Shown here one piece after another: positions 1 through 8,564 of a DNA stretch of 64,000 bases. Source of the stretch: an uncultured Acidobacteriota bacterium. GTDB lineage: Bacteria; Acidobacteriota; Vicinamibacteria; Vicinamibacterales; UBA2999. Made by a program: the position numbers and the translations under genes. The notes under the pieces are model-generated. The model was not told the origin of the DNA. It saw only the letters and a list, made by a program, of their open reading frames with translations, and ran no database searches. Positions within the stretch are counted from its first letter, which is position 1. Every line of letters begins with the position of its first letter. The stretch lies in the NCBI GenBank assembly GCA_963772955.1, contig CAVYZF010000003.1, forward strand, positions 364,799 through 428,798, written 5' to 3'.

Positions 1-2189
1 GGAACCAACAGGAGATCCCCGGACTGTTCGGCAACAGGAACGCGGGCGATCAGTCGAAGTGGTTCTATGACAAGGACGAGACGCTGACGGCGCGCGGCGC
101 AGCCGCGAAGATGATCGAGGCCATCCGACTGACGGGTCAGGCGACACCGCGCAACAAGGTCGGCTTCTATCTCGACTATCAAAACGTCTGCAACGGATCG
201 GCGTACGCCCAGGGTGCCGAACAGTGCCGCGATCGCGGCGACGACTGGGTAGCGCTCGGGAGCGTCGGCGCCGGGTTCTTCGGTGCGCTCGCTCCGGAAT
301 CAGGCAACGTGTGGGACAACCGCGAGAAGATCACGCAGTTCACCTGGACGTCGCCGTTCACGAGCAAGCTGTTGCTCGAAGCGGGATTCTCGCAGTTCGC
401 GAGCCGATTTGGCGGGCAGATCCCGGGCGGCGCGCTCACCAACTTCATCCCGGTCCAGGAACAGAGCACGCTCGGCGGAACGCCCGTCGGCAACTTCACG
501 TATCGCGGCTGGTCGTCCGCCGGATCGAACGAACAGTTCCATAACGTCTGGCGCGCATCGGGCACCTACGTCACCGGCGCACACAGCTTGAAGGTCGGGT
601 ATCAGGCCGCGTTCCAGGTGCAGAAGAACTTCCAGAACGCGGGCAGCCAACTGAGTTACGTCTTCAACAACCGCACACCGATTCAGTTCACGCTGCGCGA
701 CGCGCCGTTCTGGCAGAGCAACCGCACACGTTTCGATGCGATCTACGTCCAGGATCAGTGGACGCGCGGCCGGCTTACGCTGCAAGGAGGCCTTCGATAC
801 GAGCACGCATGGAGCTGGTTCCCGGACGGCGAAAACGGCGTCGTCGAGGACAACCAGTTCGGATCCACCTTCCTCTTCCCCGAACTCGATGGCGTGACCG
901 GCTATCACGACATCACGCCTCGCATGGGCGCGGCCTACGACTTGTTCGGCAACGGCAAGACGTCGCTCAAGGCGAACTTCAGCAAGTATCTGCAGGCCGC
1001 GAACAACGACGCGCAGTACACCATTGCGAATCCGGCGGTCACCTTCCAGCAGACCACGAATCGATCCTGGACCGATTCGAACGGCAACTTCGCTGTTGAT
1101 TGCGTGCTGATGAACAAGGTCGCCGAGGACAACCGCCCGACAGGTGGTGACGTCTGCGGTCCGTGGACCAACCTGAACTTCGGCAACCCGTTCAGTACGA
1201 CGACGGTCAATCCGGACGTGCTGCATGGCTGGGGAATCCGTCCGTACGACTGGCAGTTCGGCGTCTCGGTCCAACATGAGCTGCTGCCGCGCGTGTCGGT
1301 GGACGTCGGCTACAACCGGCGGTGGTGGGGCAATCACTTCTTCACCGACAACCGCGCGATCGGGCCGCAGGACTTCGACACGGCGACCATCACTGCGCCG
1401 AGCCACTCGAATCTGTCGAACGGCGGCGGCTACCCGGTGACGTTTGTGACCCGCAACGCACGATCGCCGCTGGGCGCGACGGACAACTACTATACGTTCG
1501 CGAGCGACTACGGCGACGTCACGACCTACTGGCATGGCGTGGATGTGTCGGTGAACGCGCGCACGTCGAACGGCATCACGTTCCAGGGCGGGACGAGCAC
1601 GGGTCGCGGCGTGCGCGACTACTGCCAGATCACCGACGCGCTGCCCGAGCTGTTCGTCACCGTCGGTTCCGTCCTCGCCAACGCACAGAAGTCTGCATGC
1701 GCGATCGACGAGTCGTGGCTCACGACGTTCCGCAGCTCCGTGACGTACATGATTCCGCGGATCGAGGTACTGGTGGCCGGCTCGATCCGATCGACACCGA
1801 ACACGCAGCCGTCGACAATCAACACGTTCGTGGCGACCAACGGTGGATCCGTCGCCGCGAACTACAACGTCACCAGCCAGATTCTCCAGGGCTCGACGAT
1901 CGGGCGGCCGCTCGCACCAGGCCTGGCGTTCCAGACCGTGGACCTGACACTGCCCGGCGAGGTGTACCCCGATCGCGTCAACTCGGTGGACATGCGAGTC
2001 GCGAAAGTCCTCCGCTTCCACGGCTACCGCATGGATGTCGGGTTCGACTTCTACAACCTGTTCAACGCGAACACCGGCACTGCGTTCAACCAGGTGTACG
2101 ACGTCGTCTCCAACGGCGCGAGCTGGCTGCGACCGACCTCTGTGCTCAATCCGCGGTTCGCACGGTTCAATTTCACGCTGAACTTCTGA
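1..2189 (+). CDS. TonB-dependent outer-membrane receptor, C-terminal part (5' end outside window)
   Basis: The frame is open from base 3 with no stop before 2187. The product is Gly/Asn/Thr/Tyr-rich and beta-strand-like, and ends ...RFARFNFTLNF (terminal Phe is typical of TonB-dependent/OM beta-barrels). The track Met at 111 is internal. Confidence 0.8.
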   Translation, partial: NQQEIPGLFGNRNAGDQSKWFYDKDETLTARGAAAKMIEAIRLTGQATPRNKVGFYLDYQNVCNGSAYAQGAEQCRDRGDDWVALGSVGAGFFGALAPESGNVWDNREKITQFTWTSPFTSKLLLEAGFSQFASRFGGQIPGGALTNFIPVQEQSTLGGTPVGNFTYRGWSSAGSNEQFHNVWRASGTYVTGAHSLKVGYQAAFQVQKNFQNAGSQLSYVFNNRTPIQFTLRDAPFWQSNRTRFDAIYVQDQWTRGRLTLQGGLRYEHAWSWFPDGENGVVEDNQFGSTFLFPELDGVTGYHDITPRMGAAYDLFGNGKTSLKANFSKYLQAANNDAQYTIANPAVTFQQTTNRSWTDSNGNFAVDCVLMNKVAEDNRPTGGDVCGPWTNLNFGNPFSTTTVNPDVLHGWGIRPYDWQFGVSVQHELLPRVSVDVGYNRRWWGNHFFTDNRAIGPQDFDTATITAPSHSNLSNGGGYPVTFVTRNARSPLGATDNYYTFASDYGDVTTYWHGVDVSVNARTSNGITFQGGTSTGRGVRDYCQITDALPELFVTVGSVLANAQKSACAIDESWLTTFRSSVTYMIPRIEVLVAGSIRSTPNTQPSTINTFVATNGGSVAANYNVTSQILQGSTIGRPLAPGLAFQTVDLTLPGEVYPDRVNSVDMRVAKVLRFHGYRMDVGFDFYNLFNANTGTAFNQVYDVVSNGASWLRPTSVLNPRFARFNFTLNF

Positions 2190-2200
2190 TCCGCGGAGTT

Positions 2201-2227
2201 CACGAAGGGCACGAAGATCACGAAGGA
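2201..2227. repeat. Tandem 9-nt repeat x3 (CACGAAGnn)
   Basis: Reads CACGAAGgg CACGAAGat CACGAAGga directly after the receptor stop codon. Confidence 0.8.
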
Positions 2228-2230
2228 GAC

Positions 2231-2376
2231 ATTGTTGATTTAAGGATCTGTGATTGGCGATTCGTTGGTGATTGCTGATTCGTGATTGGAGATTGAAAAC
2301 AGGTGTAACACAATCCCCAATCAGCAATACCCCGATCATCAACGACTCAACAATCACAGATCCCCAAATCAACAAT
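2231..2376. repeat. AT-rich imperfect palindromic element built from TGATTG/CAATCA words (copy A)
   Basis: The left arm 2231-2295 (attgttgatttaaggatctgtgattg...) is the near reverse complement of the right arm 2311-2376 (...caatcacagatccccaaatcaacaat), with a 15-nt loop. It shares the string tcgttggtgattg with the element at 58102-58236. Confidence 0.75.
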
Positions 2377-2393
2377 CGACGAGATTCAGAGAT

Positions 2394-2495
2394 TCAGACT
2401 GCCACCATCGCCTTCGGCTGATAGTCACCCACGACCGGCCGGAACGACACGTTGAGGCGGTTCCAGCTGTTGATGATGATCACGGCAAACGTGAT
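2394..2495 (-). pseudogene. 3' remnant of an AhpD-like/carboxymuconolactone decarboxylase family gene
   Basis: The minus frame reads ITFAVIIINSWNRLNVSFRPVVGDYQPKAMVAV*, which resembles the conserved C-terminus of the CMD/AhpD family. An in-frame stop lies just upstream (about 2508) and no N-terminal part is present. Confidence 0.45.
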
Positions 2496-2539
2496 AACTC
2501 TGCGGGGTCAGACCCCATCCCAGCTTTATACTGACGCGC

Positions 2540-4477
2540 ATGAGACGCCCTCTCGCGCGTTTGCCCGCCTGTGTGCTCGCGGCTGCGAGTCTGTATGTCG
2601 CATCCGGCCTCAGCCGGACCGTCTCCGCCGACCAGCAGTGCGTTGACCATTCCAAGGATCCGGCCGGCTGTCAGCCGAGCACCTTCGATACGCCGATGGC
2701 GCAGATGCCATCAGTGCGCGTCAACCGTCAGGGCCAGATCGATCCGCACTCATCCGAGGCCGACGCGAAGGCGGGCGCCTTCGAGGTCGAGAAGCGGCTC
2801 TTCCTCTTCCGCAATCTCGAGCACATTCACTGGGTGCCGCTGATTCCGTCCGAACGCGATCCGGCAAGCGGCGGTTGGCGCGGCGGCGACCTCGACGGGG
2901 CCGGCGATGGACGCGGGCTCGGTGTCGCCGGCAATTGCATCTTCGTCGGACATTCGAACGGTGCCGGCGTGAAGCACGCGGTCAACATCCTGAAGATTCA
3001 GCCCGACCCCGCGAAACAGCAGCCGGTTGTCGTGGGTGAGATTCCTGCGATGGTCGAAGGCAACGAAGGCTTCGACGATCGCGAACTGCGGTCGCTCGTC
3101 TACAAGACGTCGCGCGGAGAAGACCGCTACATCCTCGTGCGCAACGCCGGCACCAACACGCTCGGCCGGATGGAGACATACCGCATCGACATGAACACGT
3201 GCCTGCCGACCGCGAAGAGCGAGGTCGTGGACTTCTACTCGCAGTCGCACGAGTTCTTCCTCTGGCACGATCCGGCGAACACGAACCGCGTGCTCGTGTA
3301 CATGACGAACTGGACCGGCGGCGTGCCCGATCCAACCAGTCCAGGCCTGAAGGTGCCTGACCTCCTCGTGATGGCGGTCACCGACGAGGACAGCGGCGAG
3401 ATGCTGCCGAAGCCGAAGTTCCTCGCGGGCTTCACCCTGCAGGAAGTGGGCGGCCCTCCCGTCGACGAGCGCCCGGACGCAACCGGTCTCTTCTCCGATG
3501 GACGCTTCCTCGACTTCAGCGACTCGAAGACCGGACTCGGCCAGGCGGGCAACTTTCAGAACCGCGAGCAGAACCGCTTGCACTCGGTGTCGGTCACTGA
3601 CGACGGCGAGCGGGTGTACGTGGCGGGCACGACGGCCGGGTTTTATGTGCTCGACTCAGAGAAGATCGCGCACTCACGCGACGCGATGCTGGCGACTGCC
3701 GGAGCCGGCTGCAATCAGCGCTCGACCATCGTCTCGGCCAACGGCGTGATGGACGCAGCGAAGATCGCGCAGATTGCCGACGACTGCCTGCACATGGTGG
3801 TCAACAACGATCCGGGCCTGAAGGCATTCCTCGCATCGAATGCCTCGCCGGAAGCCAAGGCCGCGCGCTACCTCGTGCTCATGACCCGATCGCGCTTCGA
3901 CGTGTATCCACCGGTGAACGCGTCTCCCACAGGGACGCACAGCGCGGTGTTCGTGCCGGGCAGGCCGGCTCGCGTGCGCGGAAACACGAAGGGGCGTCCG
4001 GCGTACGTCTGGCTGAGCGACGAGAACGGCGGCTGTCCGCTCAACTACGCGCGCATGGTCTCTGTCGAATCAGAGATGGTGCCGATCATGGTGGGCGCCT
4101 TCGCGATTCCCGACAATCAGATCGAGGAGTGCCTCACCCAGGCGACGACAGAGCCGAACGGACAGCCTCGCCGCCGCATCCCGCAGCAGAATCACAATCC
4201 GACGATCTTCAAGAACCTTGTCTTCACGACGTGGTACGCGCACGGTCTGCGCGTCATCGACATCTCGAATCCCTACGGGCCGCGCGAAGTGGGCCACGCG
4301 CTGACGGTGCCGCAGGGTGTCGCGCGCACCTACCCCGTCTTCAAGGACGGGCTGATCTACTGGGTGGACAACGACACCGGTCTCCATGTCGCGCGCTACA
4401 CGGGTCCGCGCGCCGACGAACTGCCTGGCCCTGGCACGGGCACGTATGAGGGCAATGCGACGAGCCCGCATCGCTAA
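2540..4477 (+). CDS. Secreted LVIVD-repeat beta-propeller protein (function unknown)
   Basis: 645-aa ORF with a signal-like N-terminus (MRRPLARLPACVLAAASLYVASG). The C-terminal WYAHGLRVIDISNPYGPREVG matches the LVIVD repeat motif. A TATACT hexamer lies 7 nt upstream of the ATG. Confidence 0.7.
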   Translation: MRRPLARLPACVLAAASLYVASGLSRTVSADQQCVDHSKDPAGCQPSTFDTPMAQMPSVRVNRQGQIDPHSSEADAKAGAFEVEKRLFLFRNLEHIHWVPLIPSERDPASGGWRGGDLDGAGDGRGLGVAGNCIFVGHSNGAGVKHAVNILKIQPDPAKQQPVVVGEIPAMVEGNEGFDDRELRSLVYKTSRGEDRYILVRNAGTNTLGRMETYRIDMNTCLPTAKSEVVDFYSQSHEFFLWHDPANTNRVLVYMTNWTGGVPDPTSPGLKVPDLLVMAVTDEDSGEMLPKPKFLAGFTLQEVGGPPVDERPDATGLFSDGRFLDFSDSKTGLGQAGNFQNREQNRLHSVSVTDDGERVYVAGTTAGFYVLDSEKIAHSRDAMLATAGAGCNQRSTIVSANGVMDAAKIAQIADDCLHMVVNNDPGLKAFLASNASPEAKAARYLVLMTRSRFDVYPPVNASPTGTHSAVFVPGRPARVRGNTKGRPAYVWLSDENGGCPLNYARMVSVESEMVPIMVGAFAIPDNQIEECLTQATTEPNGQPRRRIPQQNHNPTIFKNLVFTTWYAHGLRVIDISNPYGPREVGHALTVPQGVARTYPVFKDGLIYWVDNDTGLHVARYTGPRADELPGPGTGTYEGNATSPHR

Positions 4478-5486
4478 CCGCGTATTCGCCACGATCGCCA
4501 CGCTGACGCTGTGCGTGCTGGTCACGCTTTTCGTCCAGGCGCAGCAATCACCGGGATCCGGGATCCGGGGCCCGGGATCCGAATCAATCGATGCTGAAAC
4601 GGCGTTCGTGTGCCCGATGCATCCGGACTACACGCTCGACATTGCCGGCACGTGCCCGCGATGCGGCATGGCGCTCGTGCGCGGCGCACCGTTCGACGTG
4701 CGCGACTACGGGCTCGAACTCCTCACGACACCCGCCGTCGTGCAGGCGGGGAAGCCCGCACGGTGGCAGTTCCGCATCTCTCATCCCGGCACGGGCGAGC
4801 GCATCCTGAAGTTCGAGACGGTGCACGAGCGGCAGTACCACCTGTTCGTCATCAGCCAGGACATGACTCACTTTCAGCACATCCATCCGGAGCTGCAGCC
4901 GGATGGCGCGTGGGTCATCGACGTCACGCTGCCGAAAGCCGGCTACTACAAGGTCCTCTCTGATTTCCTTCCCGCAGGTGGCGCATCACAGTTCATCGCG
5001 CGGCCGCTGGTCACGGCCGGGTACGCAGGTGATTTCGCCGGTGACTCTGCGCGGCTGACTCCGGACGCCAGCAACACGCAGACGATCGACGACCTCACTG
5101 CCAGAGTCAGCTACGACCCGGCTCCTTTCGTCGCTGGCCTCTACGGCCATCTCCAATTCGATCTGACAGACGCTGCGACAGGAAGCCCGGTCACGGATCT
5201 ACAGACCTACCTGGGCGCCTTCGGGCACACGCTCATCATGAGCGAAGACCTGAACGAGTACGTCCACTCCCACTCGCTCGACATCGTTCCCGGTGGTAAC
5301 GACGACGAAGACATGCCGCAGTTCCTGATACCGCCCGGTGCCGACCTCGAGAAGCTGCGCGGTGGTCCCAGGGTGATCTTCGACGGCTTGATGCCAAAGC
5401 CCGGCCGCTACCGTGCGTGGACGCAGTTCAGGCGTCGCGACAGGGTCCACACGTTCGTGACGACGTTCGAGGTGCGGGAGAGATGA
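4446..5486 (+). CDS. Heavy-metal-binding-domain (HMBD) protein with two Ig-like His-motif domains
   Basis: I chose the start at ATG 4446 (MRAMRRARIANRVFATIATLTLCVLV, signal/TM). CPMHPDYTLDIAGTCPRCGMALV is the HMBD motif seen at the N-terminus of CusB-type proteins. There are two repeats with His clusters (HLFVISQDMTHFQHIHP; HTLIMSEDLNEYVHSH). It overlaps the upstream CDS by 32 nt. Confidence 0.7.
   Translation: MRAMRRARIANRVFATIATLTLCVLVTLFVQAQQSPGSGIRGPGSESIDAETAFVCPMHPDYTLDIAGTCPRCGMALVRGAPFDVRDYGLELLTTPAVVQAGKPARWQFRISHPGTGERILKFETVHERQYHLFVISQDMTHFQHIHPELQPDGAWVIDVTLPKAGYYKVLSDFLPAGGASQFIARPLVTAGYAGDFAGDSARLTPDASNTQTIDDLTARVSYDPAPFVAGLYGHLQFDLTDAATGSPVTDLQTYLGAFGHTLIMSEDLNEYVHSHSLDIVPGGNDDEDMPQFLIPPGADLEKLRGGPRVIFDGLMPKPGRYRAWTQFRRRDRVHTFVTTFEVRER
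4551..4582. repeat. Tandem 7-nt repeat (~5 units) inside CDS
   Basis: Reads ccgggat ccgggat ccggggc ccgggat ccga and encodes PGSGIRGPGSE in the linker after the signal/TM segment. Confidence 0.7.
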
Positions 5487-6604
5487 AGCCGGCTCTCGGC
5501 TCTGGGCTCTTGGCTCTGGGCATTGCCCTCGTCATGGCGTGGCCGCAGTCAGTCCAGTCCCACGGATCGCTGACGACGACGGTGCTGTTCGATCGGGAGA
5601 TCGTGCGGATCCTGAATCAGCGCTGCGTGATGTGTCACATGGACAAGGGATTGTCGTTTCCGCTCGAGACCTACGAGCAGACATGGCTGCAAGGCCGGGC
5701 CATGCGAGCGTCGGTGCTGCGTCGCCACATGCCTCCATGGTCCGCTGTTGCCGGATACGGCGAATTCGTCAACGACAACCGCCTGACGCTGCGCGAATCG
5801 CAATTCCTCGTGTCGTGGGTCGAAGGCCTCGGACCACGAAACGGCGGCAAGGTGTTCCTCAACGTCGTCGATCCGAAAGCGTCGGCCGCGCGGGAGATCC
5901 GCGCCACGCCGCACACCGATCACTGGCAGCTCGGTGAACCCGATCTCCTGCGGCCGTTGCCACCGAGTGCGATCGACGCAAAGGCGAGCGATGCGACGAA
6001 GAGGCTCGTGGTCGATCTCGGCCTCACGGCCACGCGGCAGGTGCGGGGACTCGAGTTCATGCCTGGCGACCGTCGCGTCGTACGTGCGGCGACGTTCAGC
6101 CTCGAAAGCACCGGACAATGGCTCGGCAGCTGGACGCCGTGGCACAGCTTCGTGGAACTTCCGCAGGGCGTTGCCTATCGCCTTCCCGCGCGGTCCCGGA
6201 TCGTCGTTGACATTCACTATCGCGGAACGAACGTGGAGACAACCGACCGCAGCACACTCGGCGTGTTCTTTGTATCGAATCCCGAACCCCGAATCCCGAA
6301 TCCCGATATCAAGGCCGCCACCGACCTCGTTGTCGACACCCGGACCAGGCTCGCCCGAGACACGCGCGTGTGGGCGGTTCAGCCCGAGATCGTGGCCGGT
6401 CTCACATCGCTCGAAGTGTCCGCGAGACGGCCGGATGGCGGCACGGATGTCCTGTTGGCGCTGACTGATCCATCAGCAGACTGGCCAACGCCGTATCTGC
6501 TCAAGACTCCCCGGTTGCTCAGTCGAGGAACAGAGGTTTTTGTCGTCGCACGGTCTGCCACAGCGCAGTCGCGGCCACTACGCGTGCGACTGAGCCGGTA
6601 CTAG
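5483..6604 (+). CDS. Periplasmic mono-heme cytochrome c-like protein
   Basis: ATG 5483 overlaps the upstream stop (ATGA). Signal peptide MKPALGSGLLALGIALVMAWPQSVQS. There is one CXXCH motif (ILNQRCVMCHMDKGLSF) in a planctomycete-type cytochrome context. The C-terminal half is unassigned. Confidence 0.6.
   Translation: MKPALGSGLLALGIALVMAWPQSVQSHGSLTTTVLFDREIVRILNQRCVMCHMDKGLSFPLETYEQTWLQGRAMRASVLRRHMPPWSAVAGYGEFVNDNRLTLRESQFLVSWVEGLGPRNGGKVFLNVVDPKASAAREIRATPHTDHWQLGEPDLLRPLPPSAIDAKASDATKRLVVDLGLTATRQVRGLEFMPGDRRVVRAATFSLESTGQWLGSWTPWHSFVELPQGVAYRLPARSRIVVDIHYRGTNVETTDRSTLGVFFVSNPEPRIPNPDIKAATDLVVDTRTRLARDTRVWAVQPEIVAGLTSLEVSARRPDGGTDVLLALTDPSADWPTPYLLKTPRLLSRGTEVFVVARSATAQSRPLRVRLSRY
5491..5520. 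repeat. Tandem 7-nt repeat x4 (GGCTCTn) in signal-peptide coding region
   Basis: Reads ggctctc ggctctg ggctctt ggctctg ggc and encodes ALGSGLLALG. Confidence 0.7.
6276..6306. repeat. Tandem 7-nt repeat x4+ (CGAATCC) inside CDS
   Basis: Reads cgaatcc cgaaccc cgaatcc cgaatcc cga and encodes SNPEPRIPNPD. Confidence 0.75.
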
Positions 6605-8016
6605 TAACGCGCTCTCGCCAACTCCATCACAACGTCGTACTGAAACCGCACGAAGCGATGCAGCTCGCTCTCGAGGATGCGCTCCTGGTCGCTGTGCGCG
6701 CCGAAGCCGCGCGCGGAGTCTTCGGTGTCGAGCGCCGGACCGATGCCGTAGCACTGCACACCCTTCGATCGAACTTGCGACATGTCGGTCGCGCCGGTGC
6801 CCATCATCGGAAGCGCGATGGTGTTGTAGTGCGCCTTGAGCTGATTCTGCAGCACCGTGAACGCCTCGGTGTTCAGTCGTGACGCACCCGCAGGGCGGTA
6901 CGACTCGCGCGTCCATCGCACTTCCACTTTGGGATCGCTGATCACGTCGCGGACGCGATCGAGGAAGGTCTTCTGGTCCTCTTCAGGATGCAACCGCACA
7001 TCGATGGTCGCCTTCGCCTCAGACGGAATCACGTTGTAGCGATAGCCGCCGTCGATCATCGTCGGCACGAGCGACGTGTGCAGCATTGACCAGTGCTGCG
7101 GTTGGTTCTCGAGCATCCACTCGGCGGCGGCGGCCGCGACTTTCGGATTGGTGCTCAGCACGTCGCGGTAGCGTTGGGCGGCATCGGGCGAGGCCACAGT
7201 CGCCAGCGTCTTGAAGTACGCGATGGTCGTTTCGCTGAGTTGAAGCGGCGGCACCCAGGCCGAGATCTTTGCAAGCGCCGACGAGAGCCGCGCGATGGCG
7301 TTGTCCTTCAGTGGAACCGATCCGTGACCTGACGTGCCATGCGCGATGAGTTGAATCGGTCGCGGCTCTTTCTCGGTCGTCCCCACCGTCGCCTGCGTGA
7401 CGCGGCCGCCCGCGCGCGCAACGCCGCCGCCCTCGGCAAAGCAGTACTCGGCGTCGATCGCGGCGAAGTGGTCGTCGATCATGAACTGCGCGCCGAACTC
7501 CGGCGCGCCTTCTTCACCGGACTCTGCCAGGAAGATGACGTCACGATCGAGCGCCGTTTCCATGCGTTTGAGCGTGAGCATCAGCATCAGGCCGGCTACT
7601 ACGCTGTCCTTGTCGTCAACGGTTCCGCGGCCGTAGACGTAGCCGCCGTCTCGCGTCGCGCCAAACGGTGGAAAGCTCCACTTCTGCGGATCCACGGACA
7701 CGACGTCGGTGTGCCCCATCACGAGAATCGGCCGCTTCTTTCCGTTGCCCTTGATGCGCGCGACCAGGTTTGGACGCTGTGGATCCTTGGCGAACACCTG
7801 ATACGTGATGCCCTCGCGTTTGAGGACCTGCTCGAGGTACTCGACCGCGCGCCGCTCATTACCCGGCGGGCTGGTCGTGTCGAGACGCAGCAGCGCCTGA
7901 AAATGCTGCATCGTCTCGGTCTCGATTACCGTCGCATTCCACTGCGCGCCCAGGCCGGTGTTGAAGACAGACGCTGCCGCGATGATCGTGAGGAGCAGGA
8001 GACGCAAAAAGTGCAT
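6601..8016 (-). CDS. M20/M25/M40 family metallopeptidase (secreted)
   Basis: Start at MHFLRLLLLTIIAAASVF (ATG 8016), not the track start 8487. Motifs: ILVMGHTDVV, GRGTVDDKD, and a Glu-Glu pair (ESGEEG). Confidence 0.88.
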   Translation of the reverse strand: MHFLRLLLLTIIAAASVFNTGLGAQWNATVIETETMQHFQALLRLDTTSPPGNERRAVEYLEQVLKREGITYQVFAKDPQRPNLVARIKGNGKKRPILVMGHTDVVSVDPQKWSFPPFGATRDGGYVYGRGTVDDKDSVVAGLMLMLTLKRMETALDRDVIFLAESGEEGAPEFGAQFMIDDHFAAIDAEYCFAEGGGVARAGGRVTQATVGTTEKEPRPIQLIAHGTSGHGSVPLKDNAIARLSSALAKISAWVPPLQLSETTIAYFKTLATVASPDAAQRYRDVLSTNPKVAAAAAEWMLENQPQHWSMLHTSLVPTMIDGGYRYNVIPSEAKATIDVRLHPEEDQKTFLDRVRDVISDPKVEVRWTRESYRPAGASRLNTEAFTVLQNQLKAHYNTIALPMMGTGATDMSQVRSKGVQCYGIGPALDTEDSARGFGAHSDQERILESELHRFVRFQYDVVMELARARY

Positions 8017-8037
8017 GCGTCGAGAATACCGCAGCCT

Positions 8038-8067
8038 GACCGGGACCCGGGACCCGGGCCCCGGACC
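8038..8067. repeat. Tandem 7-nt repeat (ACCCGGG-type)
   Basis: Reads gaccggg acccggg acccggg ccccgga cc in the short spacer upstream of the M20 peptidase start. Confidence 0.65.
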
Positions 8068-8564
8068 TACGGCCTGAAGAACGTCAGCAACCGCCCGGCG
8101 GACATGACGCCGATCCATGCAAGCAGCGATACCCCGCCTGCCAGCCGTGCCGCCAGCGGGGGCGGGGCTCCGGGCGGCGCCTCCAACAATCGCCTGAACG
8201 TCCCTGCATAGAAAATCATCACATTGATGCCGGCAATCGTGATGAACGTGACTTTCCAGTAGAACGCCTTGTTGAACAGGTATTGATCGGGCGTGGCCGA
8301 GATGAAGCAGATCCCGGTCAGCATGTTGATGACGAATCCCGAGATGCCGATCGGAATCAATCGATGAAGCGCTGCGATAGGGATCCGCTTCGCGAAGCCA
8401 AGCAACCTGAGATCGAAGACACCGACCGTGCCGAGCAGCAGGGACATCCCTGTGAAGTGCAGCGACTCGAAGATCGGCCATCCCCATTTCGCCGTACGCA
8501 GGAACTCGCCCTGCGGGGTGTGGCGCAGATACGCCTCCAGCGCGTGAAGGACCTGGTCTAGCAC
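8067..8564 (-). CDS. 4-TM membrane protein, paralog B of the 8558..9061 product
   Basis: Hydrophobic helices, with a shared pattern to the upstream gene (LH..G....G.....D.R.LGF...IP..AL.R...GF..N). I propose a GTG start at 8564, overlapping the upstream stop by 7 nt. The track start at 8636 is the alternative. Confidence 0.55.
   Translation of the reverse strand: MLDQVLHALEAYLRHTPQGEFLRTAKWGWPIFESLHFTGMSLLLGTVGVFDLRLLGFAKRIPIAALHRLIPIGISGFVINMLTGICFISATPDQYLFNKAFYWKVTFITIAGINVMIFYAGTFRRLLEAPPGAPPPLAARLAGGVSLLAWIGVMSAGRLLTFFRP

Noticed and set aside
300-2375. 691-aa ORF on the minus strand opposite the TonB receptor
   Set aside because: It is Arg/Ala/Val/His-rich with no motifs and lies exactly antisense to a recognisable beta-barrel gene. 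It is a typical shadow ORF of GC-rich DNA. The same reasoning applies to 11247-12626(+), 31076-32488(-), 38454-39350(-), 44988-45995(+), 56121-57383(+), 59439-60953(+) and 61059-62204(+).
2201-2398. CRISPR array
   Set aside because: The repeats are 7-13 nt tandem units or one long palindrome. They lack regularly spaced 25-40-nt repeats with unique spacers, and no cas genes are present. The same applies to 59338-59376.
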